Positions 38,320-48,948 are shown, counted from the stretch's first letter. The stretch is 64,000 nucleotides of DNA from Candidatus Binatus sp. (GCF_050013435.1 NZ_JBEKFG010000003.1:12455-76454), one strand, 5' to 3'. Notes: a model not told the origin generated them from the sequence alone. A program made the numbers and translations.

Positions 38320-38380
38320 ACGGCGGGTTTCACATAAAATGAAGTGATTTCCCCTTCCCCACCGCACGGCGGGGCGGGGA

Positions 38381-39697
38381 TCAGTTCTCCGACGTGGTGA
38401 ATTCCTCTTCCTTGCCGGCCATCTCGAGCGACATCCCGCGAGTTTCGTCGATCATCAGGCCGAACAGGATCGCAGCCGGGATTCCAATAATCGACAGCGC
38501 ACCGACGACGATCGACAGCCCGCCCATCGCGTTCGCCAGCATCGCGACCGCGGCATTGGAGATGACGGCGCCGATGGCGCCGACCAATGCGAACCAACCG
38601 ATCATGGTGCCGCGCAGCGGCGTGGGAAACAGCTCGGTCGCCGCCGCGTTGGTCGCGACGGTGCCCCCGTTGTCGCATACGTTGAACCAGAAAAACCCGG
38701 CCGACAGCCACATCAACGGCCACGCGAAATGCGCCGGCGGTCCCCAAAAAAACCACAAATGCCCGGCGGTGATGAAAATGCCGAAGCCGACCACCGTCGG
38801 CACGCGGCCGAAGCGCTCCGCCGCCCACGCGCCGAGTGGAAAACCAAGCAAGCCTATTCCGCCGGCGACAATCGTCATCGCGCTGGCGGCCGCCGCCGAC
38901 AGGCCGACCACGGAAACCGCGTGATAATAGCCGAAGGCGTTGGCGGCGGTGGTCGAGATTGCGACGGCCAGCGCGCATACGATCATCGTGATCGAGCGTT
39001 TGCGATAGAGCGGCTGAAAGACGTCGTAAAAACGCGACCTGGCAGTGAATCCCGCAGCTTCGGAGAGCTCCCATCGCTCGCTCTCGGGTAACAGCCGCGC
39101 CATCGCGGGCAGCATCGCGACCCCCGCCGCTGAAATCACGAACATCCATCGCCACGACCATCCGTAGGCCACGAAGATCGGCATGAGGAAAACGCAGAGT
39201 CCGGCTCCCACCGAGGCCGCCAGACCGCCGAAGCTTTGGCCGCGTGCGCGACGGGCGATGGGAAGCTCTTCGGAAAGCATCACGATACAGCCGGCGCCGG
39301 CGGCGCCGAGGACCGCGTAGAGCGCGATCTGAAATGAAGTGAACGCGACAAAATTGGTGGCGAGCGCGGCTCCGATGCTGAAGACGGGAATCGCGGCCAT
39401 GCACCACAGGATCATGCGGCGGCGTCCGTGCCGGTCGATCATCCGTGAAAGCGCGAGCGCGCCCAGCGCGGAGAGCGAGATCCATGCGAACAGGCGGGCG
39501 ATACCGGCGCCGTCGAGATGGAAGCTGATTGCGATCCACGGCGCCGCAACCGAGACAATCGAGGCCGCGAAGCCCTGGTAAAAGAGCATCGCGACCAGCG
39601 CGATGACGGTCACCCGCTCGCGCCGGGCGGACTGGCCGGCGGCATCGAGCTGCTCGTGATTCGGGGCGGGGGCCGTCGGCGTCGCGGGATCAATCAC
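38381..39697 (-). CDS. MFS transporter
   Basis: DRHGRRR, LPESERW, ELFPTPLRG, ETRG motifs. Confidence 0.88.
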   Translation of the reverse strand: MIDPATPTAPAPNHEQLDAAGQSARRERVTVIALVAMLFYQGFAASIVSVAAPWIAISFHLDGAGIARLFAWISLSALGALALSRMIDRHGRRRMILWCMAAIPVFSIGAALATNFVAFTSFQIALYAVLGAAGAGCIVMLSEELPIARRARGQSFGGLAASVGAGLCVFLMPIFVAYGWSWRWMFVISAAGVAMLPAMARLLPESERWELSEAAGFTARSRFYDVFQPLYRKRSITMIVCALAVAISTTAANAFGYYHAVSVVGLSAAAASAMTIVAGGIGLLGFPLGAWAAERFGRVPTVVGFGIFITAGHLWFFWGPPAHFAWPLMWLSAGFFWFNVCDNGGTVATNAAATELFPTPLRGTMIGWFALVGAIGAVISNAAVAMLANAMGGLSIVVGALSIIGIPAAILFGLMIDETRGMSLEMAGKEEEFTTSEN

Positions 39698-39715
39698 AAA
39701 TAAATTCGCGGCCCC

Positions 39716-40159
39716 TCAGGCGTCGGCGACCAGCTCAAAGACGGGCGTGCGCGACGCGACGGCGCCAAACGCGGCGGCGGGCGAGCCGGCGGGCACCTCG
39801 AAGAAACGCTGAACCTGGGAGGCGAAGCGATCGAGGAACGCCTTGATAATCTCGGGCTTGTCGGCATCGGCAAGCTCGCGAACGGCCAGCGATTCGGAAC
39901 TGGAGCCGCGGCGCAGGACGACGCGACCGGCGGCGCGCGCGTTGCGCGCCCATGCAGTCTCGCCGCGAGCAGCCACCAGCCATCGGCGCCCCTGGAATTC
40001 AAGCAGGTTGACGGGAGTGGTGAAGCTCAACCCCGATTTTCTGCCGCGGACCTCGAGCAGGCGCATGTATCCGGGCGCGATTCCGAGCTTGACGGCGCGG
40101 CCCATCAGGCGGTTGAAGAATCGAGCGAGCGCGCTTTCCTTCTGAAAAGTCTCGGGCAC
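39716..40159 (-). CDS. Deazaflavin (F420)-dependent nitroreductase-like split-barrel protein
   Basis: LEVRGRKSG..TTPV, WARNARAAG, PVFEL; GTG start with GGAGG RBS. Confidence 0.75.
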   Translation of the reverse strand: MPETFQKESALARFFNRLMGRAVKLGIAPGYMRLLEVRGRKSGLSFTTPVNLLEFQGRRWLVAARGETAWARNARAAGRVVLRRGSSSESLAVRELADADKPEIIKAFLDRFASQVQRFFEVPAGSPAAAFGAVASRTPVFELVADA

Positions 40160-40216
40160 GATGTGGAGGCCTCCGCGGCGAGGATATACGGCGAGCATAC
40201 TCGGTGCATAGGCGCT

Positions 40217-41845
40217 TTATCCAAGCAGATGGTATTCGGGTTTGTAGGTCTGCGATCGGACGAATTGCCCGATATCCTTCGGCGCCGGGACGCGCGCCAG
40301 GCCGCGCGCGAAAATCACCTCCGCCACGCGCTCGGCGGCATATAGCTCGGTGTCGAATATCGTCGACACGGGAGGATAGATCAGCCCGGCATCGAGCTGG
40401 GCCGGAGTCACCTTTTCCGCCACCGCGCAGGCGGCAGCTATGAACATCTCATTGGTCACGCGGGTTGCGCGGGTCGCATAGACCGCCAGGCCTATCGCGG
40501 GAAAGATATAAACGTTGTTCCCCTGTCCGGGCACAAAGGTCTTGCCGCTAAGGTGCACCGGAGGAAACGGGCTGCCGCTGGCGAAGATGGCACGGCCCTC
40601 CGACCATCGGTAAGCCTCATCGGCGGAGCACTCGGAGTGCGAGGTCGGATTCGAGCAAGCGAAGATAATCGGGCGCTTGTTCATTCGCGACATCGTTTCG
40701 ATCACGCGCTGGTTGAAGGCCTTGCCGACCGTGCTGACCCCGATGATCGCGGTGGGCTTGATCGACTCGATCGCATCGACAAAATCCCTGGTCGGCGCGT
40801 GGCGATGCGCGTAAGGCTTGTGGAAATCAGCCAGGTCAGTCCGGGTTGATTCCAGCAGTCCGTTGATGTCGAACAACCACAGTCGAGCGCGCGCATCCTG
40901 GGCGGCAACCCCCTCGAGCATCAACCTTTCGGTCAACAGACCCGAGATTCCGATCGCGGCGGAACCCGCGCCAAGGAACAGGAAGGTCTGGTCGGAGAGC
41001 TTGCCGCCTGTTGTGCGAAGCGCTCCGAGAATTCCCGCAAGCGCGACCGCCGCGGTGCCCTGGATGTCGTCGTTGAAGCAGCAAATCCGGTCGCGGTAGC
41101 GGGCGAGCAGCCGGATCGCGTCGGCGCCGGCCCAATCCTCGAACTGGACGCAGCAATTAGGGAACTCTTCCTGAACCGCGGTTATGAATTCCTCGACGAA
41201 CTCATCCAACTGCGCGATCGGCGGGCGCGTCTGGCGCAAGCCCAGGTAGAGCGGGTCGCGCAGCAACGCCTCATTGTTGGTGCCACAGTCGATGAGGATG
41301 GGCAGAGAATACTGCGGCGGCACGCCGGCGCATGCGGTATAAAGCGCCAGCTTGCCGATCGGGATTCCCATGCCGTTTGCGCCGAGATCGCCAAGCCCCA
41401 GAATTCGCTGCCCGCTGCTGACCACGATGAAGCGCACGTCGCGCTGCGGCCAATTGCGCAGGGTTTCGCGGACCCGGCCCTTGCGCTTGATCGACAGGTA
41501 AAGGCCCTTGGGCCGGCGCATGATGTGGCCGAACTGGAGGCAGGCCTCGCCCACCGTCGGCGTATAGACCAGCGGCAGGAATTGCACCGGGTCCGACATG
41601 AGCACGCAGTAGAAGAGCGTCTCGTCGTTATCCTGCAGTTGCGACAAGTAGATGTATTTTTCCAGATCGTTGGGCTTGTGCGACAACTGAAGATGTATCC
41701 GCCGAATCTGATCTGCCTCGGAATCGATCCCTTCGGGCAAAAGCCCGTGCAGGCCCAGCGCCTCGCGCTCGGACTCGGTGAACGCGGTCGATTTATTCAA
41801 TTGCGGATCACGCAGCAGCGCCAAGCCCCGCGGTGTACCTGCCAT
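40217..41845 (-). CDS. maeA: NAD-dependent malic enzyme
   Basis: P.VYTPTVGEAC, RILGLGDLG, QFEDW, FNDDIQGT, GAGSA, SNPT, PGQGNN; start 41845 or 41866. Confidence 0.92.
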   Translation of the reverse strand: MAGTPRGLALLRDPQLNKSTAFTESEREALGLHGLLPEGIDSEADQIRRIHLQLSHKPNDLEKYIYLSQLQDNDETLFYCVLMSDPVQFLPLVYTPTVGEACLQFGHIMRRPKGLYLSIKRKGRVRETLRNWPQRDVRFIVVSSGQRILGLGDLGANGMGIPIGKLALYTACAGVPPQYSLPILIDCGTNNEALLRDPLYLGLRQTRPPIAQLDEFVEEFITAVQEEFPNCCVQFEDWAGADAIRLLARYRDRICCFNDDIQGTAAVALAGILGALRTTGGKLSDQTFLFLGAGSAAIGISGLLTERLMLEGVAAQDARARLWLFDINGLLESTRTDLADFHKPYAHRHAPTRDFVDAIESIKPTAIIGVSTVGKAFNQRVIETMSRMNKRPIIFACSNPTSHSECSADEAYRWSEGRAIFASGSPFPPVHLSGKTFVPGQGNNVYIFPAIGLAVYATRATRVTNEMFIAAACAVAEKVTPAQLDAGLIYPPVSTIFDTELYAAERVAEVIFARGLARVPAPKDIGQFVRSQTYKPEYHLLG

Positions 41846-42136
41846 TTTACTTTCGCTGTCCTCCAATCCTGATTTTCAGGTCCGAACCGCCGAATCCGAT
41901 CACCGGAAGATGTTGGTCCTGGCAAGCTCGACGTGGTCGCTGCCGGCAGTCATCCTGCGCCCCGCTCCAATCGCATTCAAGCCAGCGTGAATAAAGGCGT
42001 TTTAAGCGTAGTATAATTTAGTAGTTTACAATTAAAATGGAAGTCCGGGATTGCCCTCCGATGCGCGCAGGATTGCATTTTGCACCTGCGTTGGAATAGG
42101 AATTACGGTTCACAAATTTGGCCGAGGAGCGATGAA

Positions 42137-43954
42137 GTGACGCCCAACCCCGACAACACAACCAATTCACCGACCGGCGGCCGCGCGGTGCGCGATTGGG
42201 TCAAGCAAGTCGCCCGGCTCACCCGGCCCGATGCCGTGGTGTGGTGCGACGGTTCCGAAACAGAGAAAGATCGCCTCACCAGGCAGGCGCTCGCCGAGGG
42301 AATACTCATCGAGCTCAATCAGGCCAAACGGCCCGGCTGCTACCTGCATCGCTCGAACCCCAACGACGTTGCGCGCACCGAACAACTGACCTTCGTCTGC
42401 ACTCCGAACAAAAAAGACGCCGGTCCTACCAACAATTGGTCCGATCCCGCCGAGACCTACACCAAGCTGCGCGGATGGCTCGACGGCTCGATGCGCGGGC
42501 GCACGATGTACGTGGTGCCGTACGTGCTGGGCCCGCTGGGGTCGCCGTTCTCGAAGGTCGGCATCGAGCTCACCGACAGCATCTACGTCGTGCTGAACAT
42601 GCGAATCATGACGCGGATGGGCACGGCGGCGCTCGATCAACTCGGCGAGTCGCACGATTTCAATCGGGGAATTCATTGCACGCTCGATTTGAATCCCGAG
42701 CGCCGGCTGATTTGTCACTTCCCGCACGACAACACGATCATCTCGGTCGGCAGCGGCTACGGCGGCAACGCTTTGCTCAGCAAGAAATGTTTCGCACTTC
42801 GGATCGCAAGTTCGCTCGGCCGCGAGGAAGGCTGGCTCGCCGAGCACATGCTGATCCTCGGCCTGGAAAGTCCCAATGGCGAGACCACTTATGTCGCCGC
42901 CGCGTTTCCGAGCATGTGCGGCAAGACCAATCTTGCGATGCTGACGCCGCCGGCCGAGTTCAAGGGCTGGAAGGTGCACACGATTGGCGACGATATCGCG
43001 TGGCTGCGAGTCGGTCCCGACGGCGGCCTGTGGGCGGTCAATCCCGAGAACGGCTACTTCGCCGTCGCGCCCGGAAACAGCGAAAAATCGAACCTCAACG
43101 CGATGCGGATGCTCCATCATGATTCGATTTTCACCAACGTCGCGATGACCCCCGACGGCGACGTGTGGTGGGAAGGGATGGACACGCCGGCGCCCGACGG
43201 TCTGCTCGACTGGCAGGGACGCCCGTGGAAAAAAGGCTCGCCGGACAAAGCCGCGCATCCCAACAGCCGCTTCACGACTCCGATGCGCAACAATCCCGCC
43301 TGGTCGCCGCACGCCGACGATCCCCGCGGCGTGCCGATCTCCGCGATCATCTTCGGCGGACGACGCGCCACGACCGTGCCGCTGGTGCTCGAATCGACGG
43401 ACTGGACACACGGCGTCTTCATGGGCGCGACGATGGGTTCCGAAACGACGGCGGCGGCGGCAGGAGCCGTCGGCGTGCTGCGGCGCGATCCGATGGCGAT
43501 GCTGCCGTTTTGCGGCTACAACATGGGCGATTATTTCGCTCACTGGCTCAAGATGGGGATCGCGATCAAGAAACTGCCGCGCGTCTTCATGGTCAACTGG
43601 TTTCGCAAGGGAGCCGACGGCGACTTTATCTGGCCCGGCTACGGCGAAAATATGCGCGTGCTCAAATGGATGCTCGATCGAATCCATGGACACGCCGGTG
43701 GCCGCCAGACGCCGGTGGGAATCGTTCCCAATCAGGCAGACCTCGATCTCAAGGGCCTCGATCTGCCCGCGAGCACCGCACGCGATGCGCTCGCCATAAA
43801 TCCCGCGGAATGGAAGGCGGAACTCGAATCCGCCGGCGAGTTTTTCGAAAAGATTGGTCCGACGATGCCGAAGGAATTGGAGGAACGCCGTCAAGCGATC
43901 CTCAAATCAATCCACGACGACGCCCCCGTGCAGCAAGTCGCCGCCGGCCGCTGA
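42137..43954 (+). CDS. pckG: Phosphoenolpyruvate carboxykinase (GTP)
   Basis: GSGYGGNALL.KKCFALR, AFPS.CGKTNLAM, GDDIAW, AHPNSRF, RDPMAMLPFCGY. Confidence 0.95.
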   Translation: MTPNPDNTTNSPTGGRAVRDWVKQVARLTRPDAVVWCDGSETEKDRLTRQALAEGILIELNQAKRPGCYLHRSNPNDVARTEQLTFVCTPNKKDAGPTNNWSDPAETYTKLRGWLDGSMRGRTMYVVPYVLGPLGSPFSKVGIELTDSIYVVLNMRIMTRMGTAALDQLGESHDFNRGIHCTLDLNPERRLICHFPHDNTIISVGSGYGGNALLSKKCFALRIASSLGREEGWLAEHMLILGLESPNGETTYVAAAFPSMCGKTNLAMLTPPAEFKGWKVHTIGDDIAWLRVGPDGGLWAVNPENGYFAVAPGNSEKSNLNAMRMLHHDSIFTNVAMTPDGDVWWEGMDTPAPDGLLDWQGRPWKKGSPDKAAHPNSRFTTPMRNNPAWSPHADDPRGVPISAIIFGGRRATTVPLVLESTDWTHGVFMGATMGSETTAAAAGAVGVLRRDPMAMLPFCGYNMGDYFAHWLKMGIAIKKLPRVFMVNWFRKGADGDFIWPGYGENMRVLKWMLDRIHGHAGGRQTPVGIVPNQADLDLKGLDLPASTARDALAINPAEWKAELESAGEFFEKIGPTMPKELEERRQAILKSIHDDAPVQQVAAGR

Positions 43955-44331
43955 CAGGCCCGCAGGATACGACGCTTTGCGCCGCACCCTCTGTCATCGT
44001 GACGACGCGTTCGCGCCGCACCCTCTGTCATCCTGACGACGCGAGCAACGCGAGCCGCGCGCGACAACGGAGTGCGCTCTTAATACTGCGTCGCCGCCGC
44101 AGCGGCCGCGCCAGCGAAGCCGGTACCGGTTTTGGAATCGCGCAACGCTCCTTAAATCAATCCACGACGACGCCCCCGCGCAGCAAGTCGCCGCCGGCCG
44201 CTGACAGGCCCGCAAGATACGCCGCGTTCGCGCCGCACCCTCTGTCATCCTGACGACGCGAGCAACGCGAGCCGAGGAAGGATCTCGGACAGCTTCGCGC
44301 CAGCGAAGCCGGTACCGGTTTTGGAATCGCG
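43901..44331. repeat. Duplicated pckG 3' end with interspersed REP-like repeats
   Basis: 43901-43975 repeated at 44151-44225 (4 mismatches in 75). GCGCCGCACCCTCTGTCATC.TGACGACGCG occurs three times; GCGCCAGCGAAGCCGGTACCGGTTTTGGAATCGCG twice. Confidence 0.9.
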
Positions 44332-44416
44332 ACGCCCGCGCCATCCGCTGCGCGCGTGCGCATCGACGGCTCGCTTCCAGCAGGTCCGCGGGCAGCTTCA
44401 GGGATATAGACTCCAC
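44330..44416 (-). pseudogene. Probable truncated ribbon-helix-helix (CopG-like) gene remnant
   Basis: MESISLKLPADLLEASRRCARAQRMARA resembles an RHH strand-helix start, then runs into the repeat block. Confidence 0.45.
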
Positions 44417-44547
44417 GAGAGGTTCGCTCCAAAAAATCTCGATTAGATATCAGCCGCTGAATGCGCCGCGCTGGCCAGGGAAGCAATCCGAGTGGATTAT
44501 CCGGGCTTAACTAACATGCGCGTTTTTCACGCGACCCGCTGACGACG

Positions 44548-45141
44548 TTACTGCGCCTCGAACTCCTTGCCCCACACCGCGAACAGATATCCTAAAAGCG
44601 CCCCTGCTCCCAACACCGCAAGGCCGACGTTTGGGCTAAGCCGTGCCGCAGCGAATATAAAAAACACAAAAAGAGCGGCGAACGAGGCAAAAGAAGCCAC
44701 TAGACGATCCCGGGCTATTCCAGTTGGCTGAAGAAGCAAAAGGAGAGGCGAACAGATGAATCGCACTGAAAAATATAACACTCTGACCAACGCTTTTGCT
44801 GGATTCATTAGGTGAGGCTTCGATCTGCGTGGCTGCTGCGCCTCGCTCACAGCCCTGCCTCCCTTGTTTGTGACCCGCCCGAGGGCGTCTTCGAACTCTT
44901 TACCCCACACCGCAAACGAATATGCCAAAAGTGTTCCTACGGTCATCACCGCCACTTCGAAGCCAAATCCAAACCGTGCCGGAACGATTCGCGGGATGAC
45001 GAAAACGACGACCCCCACGGTACAGGTTGCCACGATGCTCTCTATGCGCATTCCAGTAGGCCGGAAGAGCAAAATGACGGGCATGAAAACAAATCGCAGT
45101 AAAACGTATATCTTTTTGACAATTATCTTCATTCGTTGCAA
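44548..45141 (-). CDS. Hypothetical membrane protein with internal duplication
   Basis: Two homologous hydrophobic halves, each with RF..P..LL..PTG and ending FAVWGKEFE; visibly more AT-rich than neighbours. Confidence 0.6.
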   Translation of the reverse strand: MQRMKIIVKKIYVLLRFVFMPVILLFRPTGMRIESIVATCTVGVVVFVIPRIVPARFGFGFEVAVMTVGTLLAYSFAVWGKEFEDALGRVTNKGGRAVSEAQQPRRSKPHLMNPAKALVRVLYFSVRFICSPLLLLLQPTGIARDRLVASFASFAALFVFFIFAAARLSPNVGLAVLGAGALLGYLFAVWGKEFEAQ

Positions 45142-45259
45142 TTCAGTGAAACCGCTGCTGGCACGGACAAGCCCGCGTCGCCTTGCTCACCTCACAATAC
45201 CGACATTAATCCAGCAGCGGGAGTCGTAAGACTTCGGCGCCTCGACTGTTTGCGCGATC

Positions 45260-45297
45260 GCCGGCGCTAATCGAGACGCTTGCGCAGGAACGTCGGG
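45260..45297 (-). repeat. Direct repeat of the ftsZ 3' end (partner 45573-45610)
   Basis: 35/38 identical; reads PTFLRKRLD* versus Fts[10 protein letters not shown]. Confidence 0.85.
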
Positions 45298-45579
45298 TCA
45301 GGGATGAACTGTTCAGCCTGCCCGCGCCGGACTTGGCGTGCTACGCATACGCTATGGTCAGCCGCCAGGATTCCCCGTACTCGCATCGCTCGCCGGAACT
45401 TGGGCGAGGCCGGTTATCGCGAAAAATTATTTTTGACGGAACAAAGCTAGCCCTTGTGGTCCGTACGTCACCAGACCACAACCGGTGGTATGAATTGCCC
45501 CTTTCCCAGCCCTGGCAAGACACGGCCTCCAGAGCGTCTGCGGACTCCGGTGCCGTATCTGCTCCCCGAATTGCCGGCG

Positions 45580-46851
45580 CTAGTCGAGATGCTTGCGCAG
45601 GAAGGTCGGGATGTCGAGCTTGTCGTCGCCGTCGAGCAGCGAATTGGGCTCGAGCTTCTCTCCATCCACCAGGCCCGCATCCTCGCCGCGGCGCCTGAAA
45701 GCCGGAATGTCCAGCGAACTGTCGTCCACGACCATTCCCATCCTGCGCACCGGCCTGTTGCCCGGGAACATCCTGACCTGCCCGGGCTGAGCCGCCGGCT
45801 TGACCTCCATCGGATCGACGGGCCGCGTCGAGGCCGCCGCGATCGGAGTGGTGACGGGAGCGCCCGACGGCGAATAGCGCGCCGGACCCCGGTCGAGATC
45901 GCCGAATCCCGTGGCGATAACCGTGACGCGAATCTCGTCGGTCATGGCGTCGTCGATCACGGCGCCGAAAATGATGTTCGCGTCCTCGTGCGCCTCTTCC
46001 TGGATCAGGCTGGCCGCCTCGTTGACTTCGTAGAGCGCCATGTCCGGGCCGCCGGTCACGTTGATCAGCAGGCCGCGCGCGCCCTTGATCGAAACGTCTT
46101 CGAGCAGCGGGCTCGAGATCGCACGCTGCGCCGCCTCGACTGCGCGATTTTCGCCCGACGCTGTCGCCGCGCCCATCATCGCCATGCCCATCTCGGCCAT
46201 GATCGATCGCACGTCGGCAAAATCCAGATTGATCAGGCCATGGACTGTCACCAGTTCGGAAATACCGCGCACCGCCTGCAGCAGCACGTCGTCGGCCTTC
46301 TGAAACGATTCCTTCAACGAGGTATTTTTGCTCGCGACCGAGAGCAGGCGTTGATTGGGAATCGTGATGAGCGTATCGACGGCGTTCTTGAGCTCGCGCA
46401 GTCCTTCCTCCGCCTGCGCCATGCGGCGGCGGCCTTCGAACTGGAACGGCTTGGTTACGACACCGACGGTCAGCGCGCCGAGCTCGCGCGCGACGCGGGC
46501 AATCACCGGCGCAGAGCCGGTGCCGGTGCCGCCGCCCATCCCGGCGGTCACGAACACCATCTCCGCTTCCGACAGGATTTCGCGGATCCGTTCTTCGTCT
46601 TCGAGCGCGGCCTTGCGTCCGATTTCAGGATTGCCGCCGGTGCCGCGTCCGCGCGTGATCGCGTCACCGATCTGAACGCGCAGCGCCGCATGATTATTCT
46701 GCAGCGCCTGGATGTCGGTATTCACGGCGATGAAATCGACGTTGCGCAGCCCCACATTGATCATGTGGTTGACCGCGTTGCCGCCGCATCCACCAGCGCC
46801 GATTACCTTGATCCTCGCGCCCGGGTCGGGATTACTCACCAACTCAATCAT
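45580..46851 (-). CDS. ftsZ: Cell division protein FtsZ
   Basis: [23 protein letters not shown]; C-terminal LDIPTFLRK. Confidence 0.98.
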   Translation of the reverse strand: MIELVSNPDPGARIKVIGAGGCGGNAVNHMINVGLRNVDFIAVNTDIQALQNNHAALRVQIGDAITRGRGTGGNPEIGRKAALEDEERIREILSEAEMVFVTAGMGGGTGTGSAPVIARVARELGALTVGVVTKPFQFEGRRRMAQAEEGLRELKNAVDTLITIPNQRLLSVASKNTSLKESFQKADDVLLQAVRGISELVTVHGLINLDFADVRSIMAEMGMAMMGAATASGENRAVEAAQRAISSPLLEDVSIKGARGLLINVTGGPDMALYEVNEAASLIQEEAHEDANIIFGAVIDDAMTDEIRVTVIATGFGDLDRGPARYSPSGAPVTTPIAAASTRPVDPMEVKPAAQPGQVRMFPGNRPVRRMGMVVDDSSLDIPAFRRRGEDAGLVDGEKLEPNSLLDGDDKLDIPTFLRKHLD

Positions 46852-46919
46852 TACAGATCCTCCTCCACCACCTACTGGCAAAACTTGTTGCCCGATAAAT
46901 TTTTTCTTTCGGCGACTCC

Positions 46920-48137
46920 TCAAAAGAAGTCCCTCACCCAATCGCCAAGCCGCGAGCGCAGCCGCCCCAGCCTACCTGTTCTTCCCACGCCGTTGCCGAT
47001 TCCATTCGCCGCGCTCTGGTGCAGCAGCAATCCCGCGGCCGTCGTGTACATCGGCTTCATCAGTTCTTCGGGCAGCCCCTTGAGGTTGATCGGAAGTCCG
47101 CGCCGCACCGGCACGCCGAAGATGCGCTCGGCCAGTTCCTGCGTGCCCTCCAGCAGCGAGGTGCCTCCGACCAGCACCACGCCCGAGGCAAGCCCGTCGG
47201 AAACCCCCGAGCGCAGCAACTCGCGCTGCACCATCGTGAAAATCTCTTCCATCCGCGGCTCGATAATTTCGCCGAGCAAGCGGCGCGCGATCACCCGCGG
47301 CTCGCGTCCGCCGACCCCCGGCACCTGCACCATCTCTTCGCGGCGCACGATCTGGTTGGTCGCCACGCCGAAGGTAATCTTGAGCCGCTCCGCTTCGGAA
47401 ATCGGCGTGCGCAATCCCGCGGCGATATCGCTGGTAAGATGGTTTCCGCCAATCGGCAGCACCGCGGTATGCATCACCGCGCCGCCATGAAACACGATGA
47501 TGTCGGTGGTGCCGCCGCCGAGATCGATCAGCGCTACTCCGAGCTCGCGTTCCTCCGGAAACAGCGCCGCGTCCGCCGACGCCAGCGGCTGGAAAACCAT
47601 CTCCGACGGCGTGACACCCGCGCGCTCGCAGCACTTGGTGAGATTCTGGCCGTAGCTCTGCGCCGCGGTCACGATATGAATGCGCGCCTCGAGGCGCACT
47701 CCCGCCATCCCGTACGGCTCGCGCACGCCTTCCTGCTCATCGACCGCAAACTGCTGCGGCAGGATATGCAGCACTTGCCGATCGAGCGGGATTGCGACCG
47801 CGCGCGCCGCATCGATCACTCGATCGACGTCGCGCGAACTGACTTCACCGCCGCGCACCGCGACGATCCCGTGGCTGTTGAGGCCCTTTATATGCGGTCC
47901 CGCAATCCCAACCACGGCCGAACCCACCCGCACGCCGGAAGTTTTCTCCGCTTCCGCGACCGCCAATCGGATCGCATCGACCGTCGCCTCGATATTGACC
48001 ACCACGCCCTTGCGCAACCCCGTGCACGGCGCGATGCCGTAACCGAGCGTCGCCAATTGGCCGTCGGGCAGCGACTCGCCGACGATTGCGCACACTTTGC
48101 TGGTGCCGACGTCCAATCCGGTGAGCAGATTTCTCAT
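46920..48137 (-). CDS. ftsA: Cell division protein FtsA
   Basis: [29 protein letters not shown]. Confidence 0.96.
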   Translation of the reverse strand: MRNLLTGLDVGTSKVCAIVGESLPDGQLATLGYGIAPCTGLRKGVVVNIEATVDAIRLAVAEAEKTSGVRVGSAVVGIAGPHIKGLNSHGIVAVRGGEVSSRDVDRVIDAARAVAIPLDRQVLHILPQQFAVDEQEGVREPYGMAGVRLEARIHIVTAAQSYGQNLTKCCERAGVTPSEMVFQPLASADAALFPEERELGVALIDLGGGTTDIIVFHGGAVMHTAVLPIGGNHLTSDIAAGLRTPISEAERLKITFGVATNQIVRREEMVQVPGVGGREPRVIARRLLGEIIEPRMEEIFTMVQRELLRSGVSDGLASGVVLVGGTSLLEGTQELAERIFGVPVRRGLPINLKGLPEELMKPMYTTAAGLLLHQSAANGIGNGVGRTGRLGRLRSRLGDWVRDFF

Positions 48138-48928
48138 CGCGTCACGGACTCCCCGCTCGGCTGGAGCGAAACTTTTCGAATCCCGGCTTTATGTTTTGAA
48201 TGGTTACCCTCGCCTGCATGCAGGCGCACGACCACCAGCCCCGGCGTGGTCAAATCGAGCGCGGCGATCAGGTTCTCGCGCCCCTGCCATTGCTGGCGCA
48301 CCTTAATCGCGCGCTGAAGTTCCGTCGTCGCGCGATCGAGATCGATCACCACCTCGGTGCGCTCGCGTTCCAGAAAGAGCGACGCGGTCGCGTCATCATT
48401 AATTCGCATTTCCGAGATAATTTCGGACAGCTGCGCCTCCGCGCGCACCAGCACCGCCGCATAATCGACCATCTGTGGTCCACGCGCGTTGTCGAGCGCC
48501 GCGCCGCTCAACACCGGCAGATCGCCCTGCACCCCGGGTGAGACCGGCCCGCGCAGCTCGCCGCCGCTGAACAGCTCGTAGAAGCCGTCGTGGCGCTCGA
48601 CGATCGCGATCGCGCCTTCACGCATGTCGCCCGCCGCCAGCACTGCGGCGCCCGGTTCGTGGCTGGCGCGATGGTAAATTCCGGCGCGTCCGGCCCACTG
48701 GGTCAGCAACGCCGGGTAGCTCGCGGCGGCGGTGCGCGCCGGCGCGAGCGAATCCATTATTTGATTTCGATATGAGCTGAGAGTCGCGCAAGTTCTGAGC
48801 GCGATTGCGCGGCCGGCCGTGCTGAATCCCGTCATCACGCCCAGCGCAAAAAAGGCGCACACGACCAGCCCGCCCAACCGCGGGCTCCATCCTGCCACCA
48901 CCCTGCTTCCACCGCTGCGAACCGCCAC
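48134..48928 (-). CDS. ftsQ: Divergent FtsQ/DivIB-like protein
   Basis: Position between murB and ftsA; N-terminal TM; LPVLSG, ISE and LDL..VVVR C-terminal pattern. Confidence 0.55.
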   Translation of the reverse strand: MAVRSGGSRVVAGWSPRLGGLVVCAFFALGVMTGFSTAGRAIALRTCATLSSYRNQIMDSLAPARTAAASYPALLTQWAGRAGIYHRASHEPGAAVLAAGDMREGAIAIVERHDGFYELFSGGELRGPVSPGVQGDLPVLSGAALDNARGPQMVDYAAVLVRAEAQLSEIISEMRINDDATASLFLERERTEVVIDLDRATTELQRAIKVRQQWQGRENLIAALDLTTPGLVVVRLHAGEGNHSKHKAGIRKVSLQPSGESVTR

Positions 48929-48948
48929 CCCGCCACCTCAATCCCGCG

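Noticed and set aside
42167-43894. 575-aa minus-strand ORF
   Set aside because: Antisense to pckG; no recognisable motifs.
43979-44290. Repeats as a possible CRISPR array
   Set aside because: Irregular spacing, no unique spacers of constant length, no cas genes.
45454-47490. 678-aa plus-strand ORF
   Set aside because: Antisense to ftsZ/ftsA; a typical high-GC shadow ORF.
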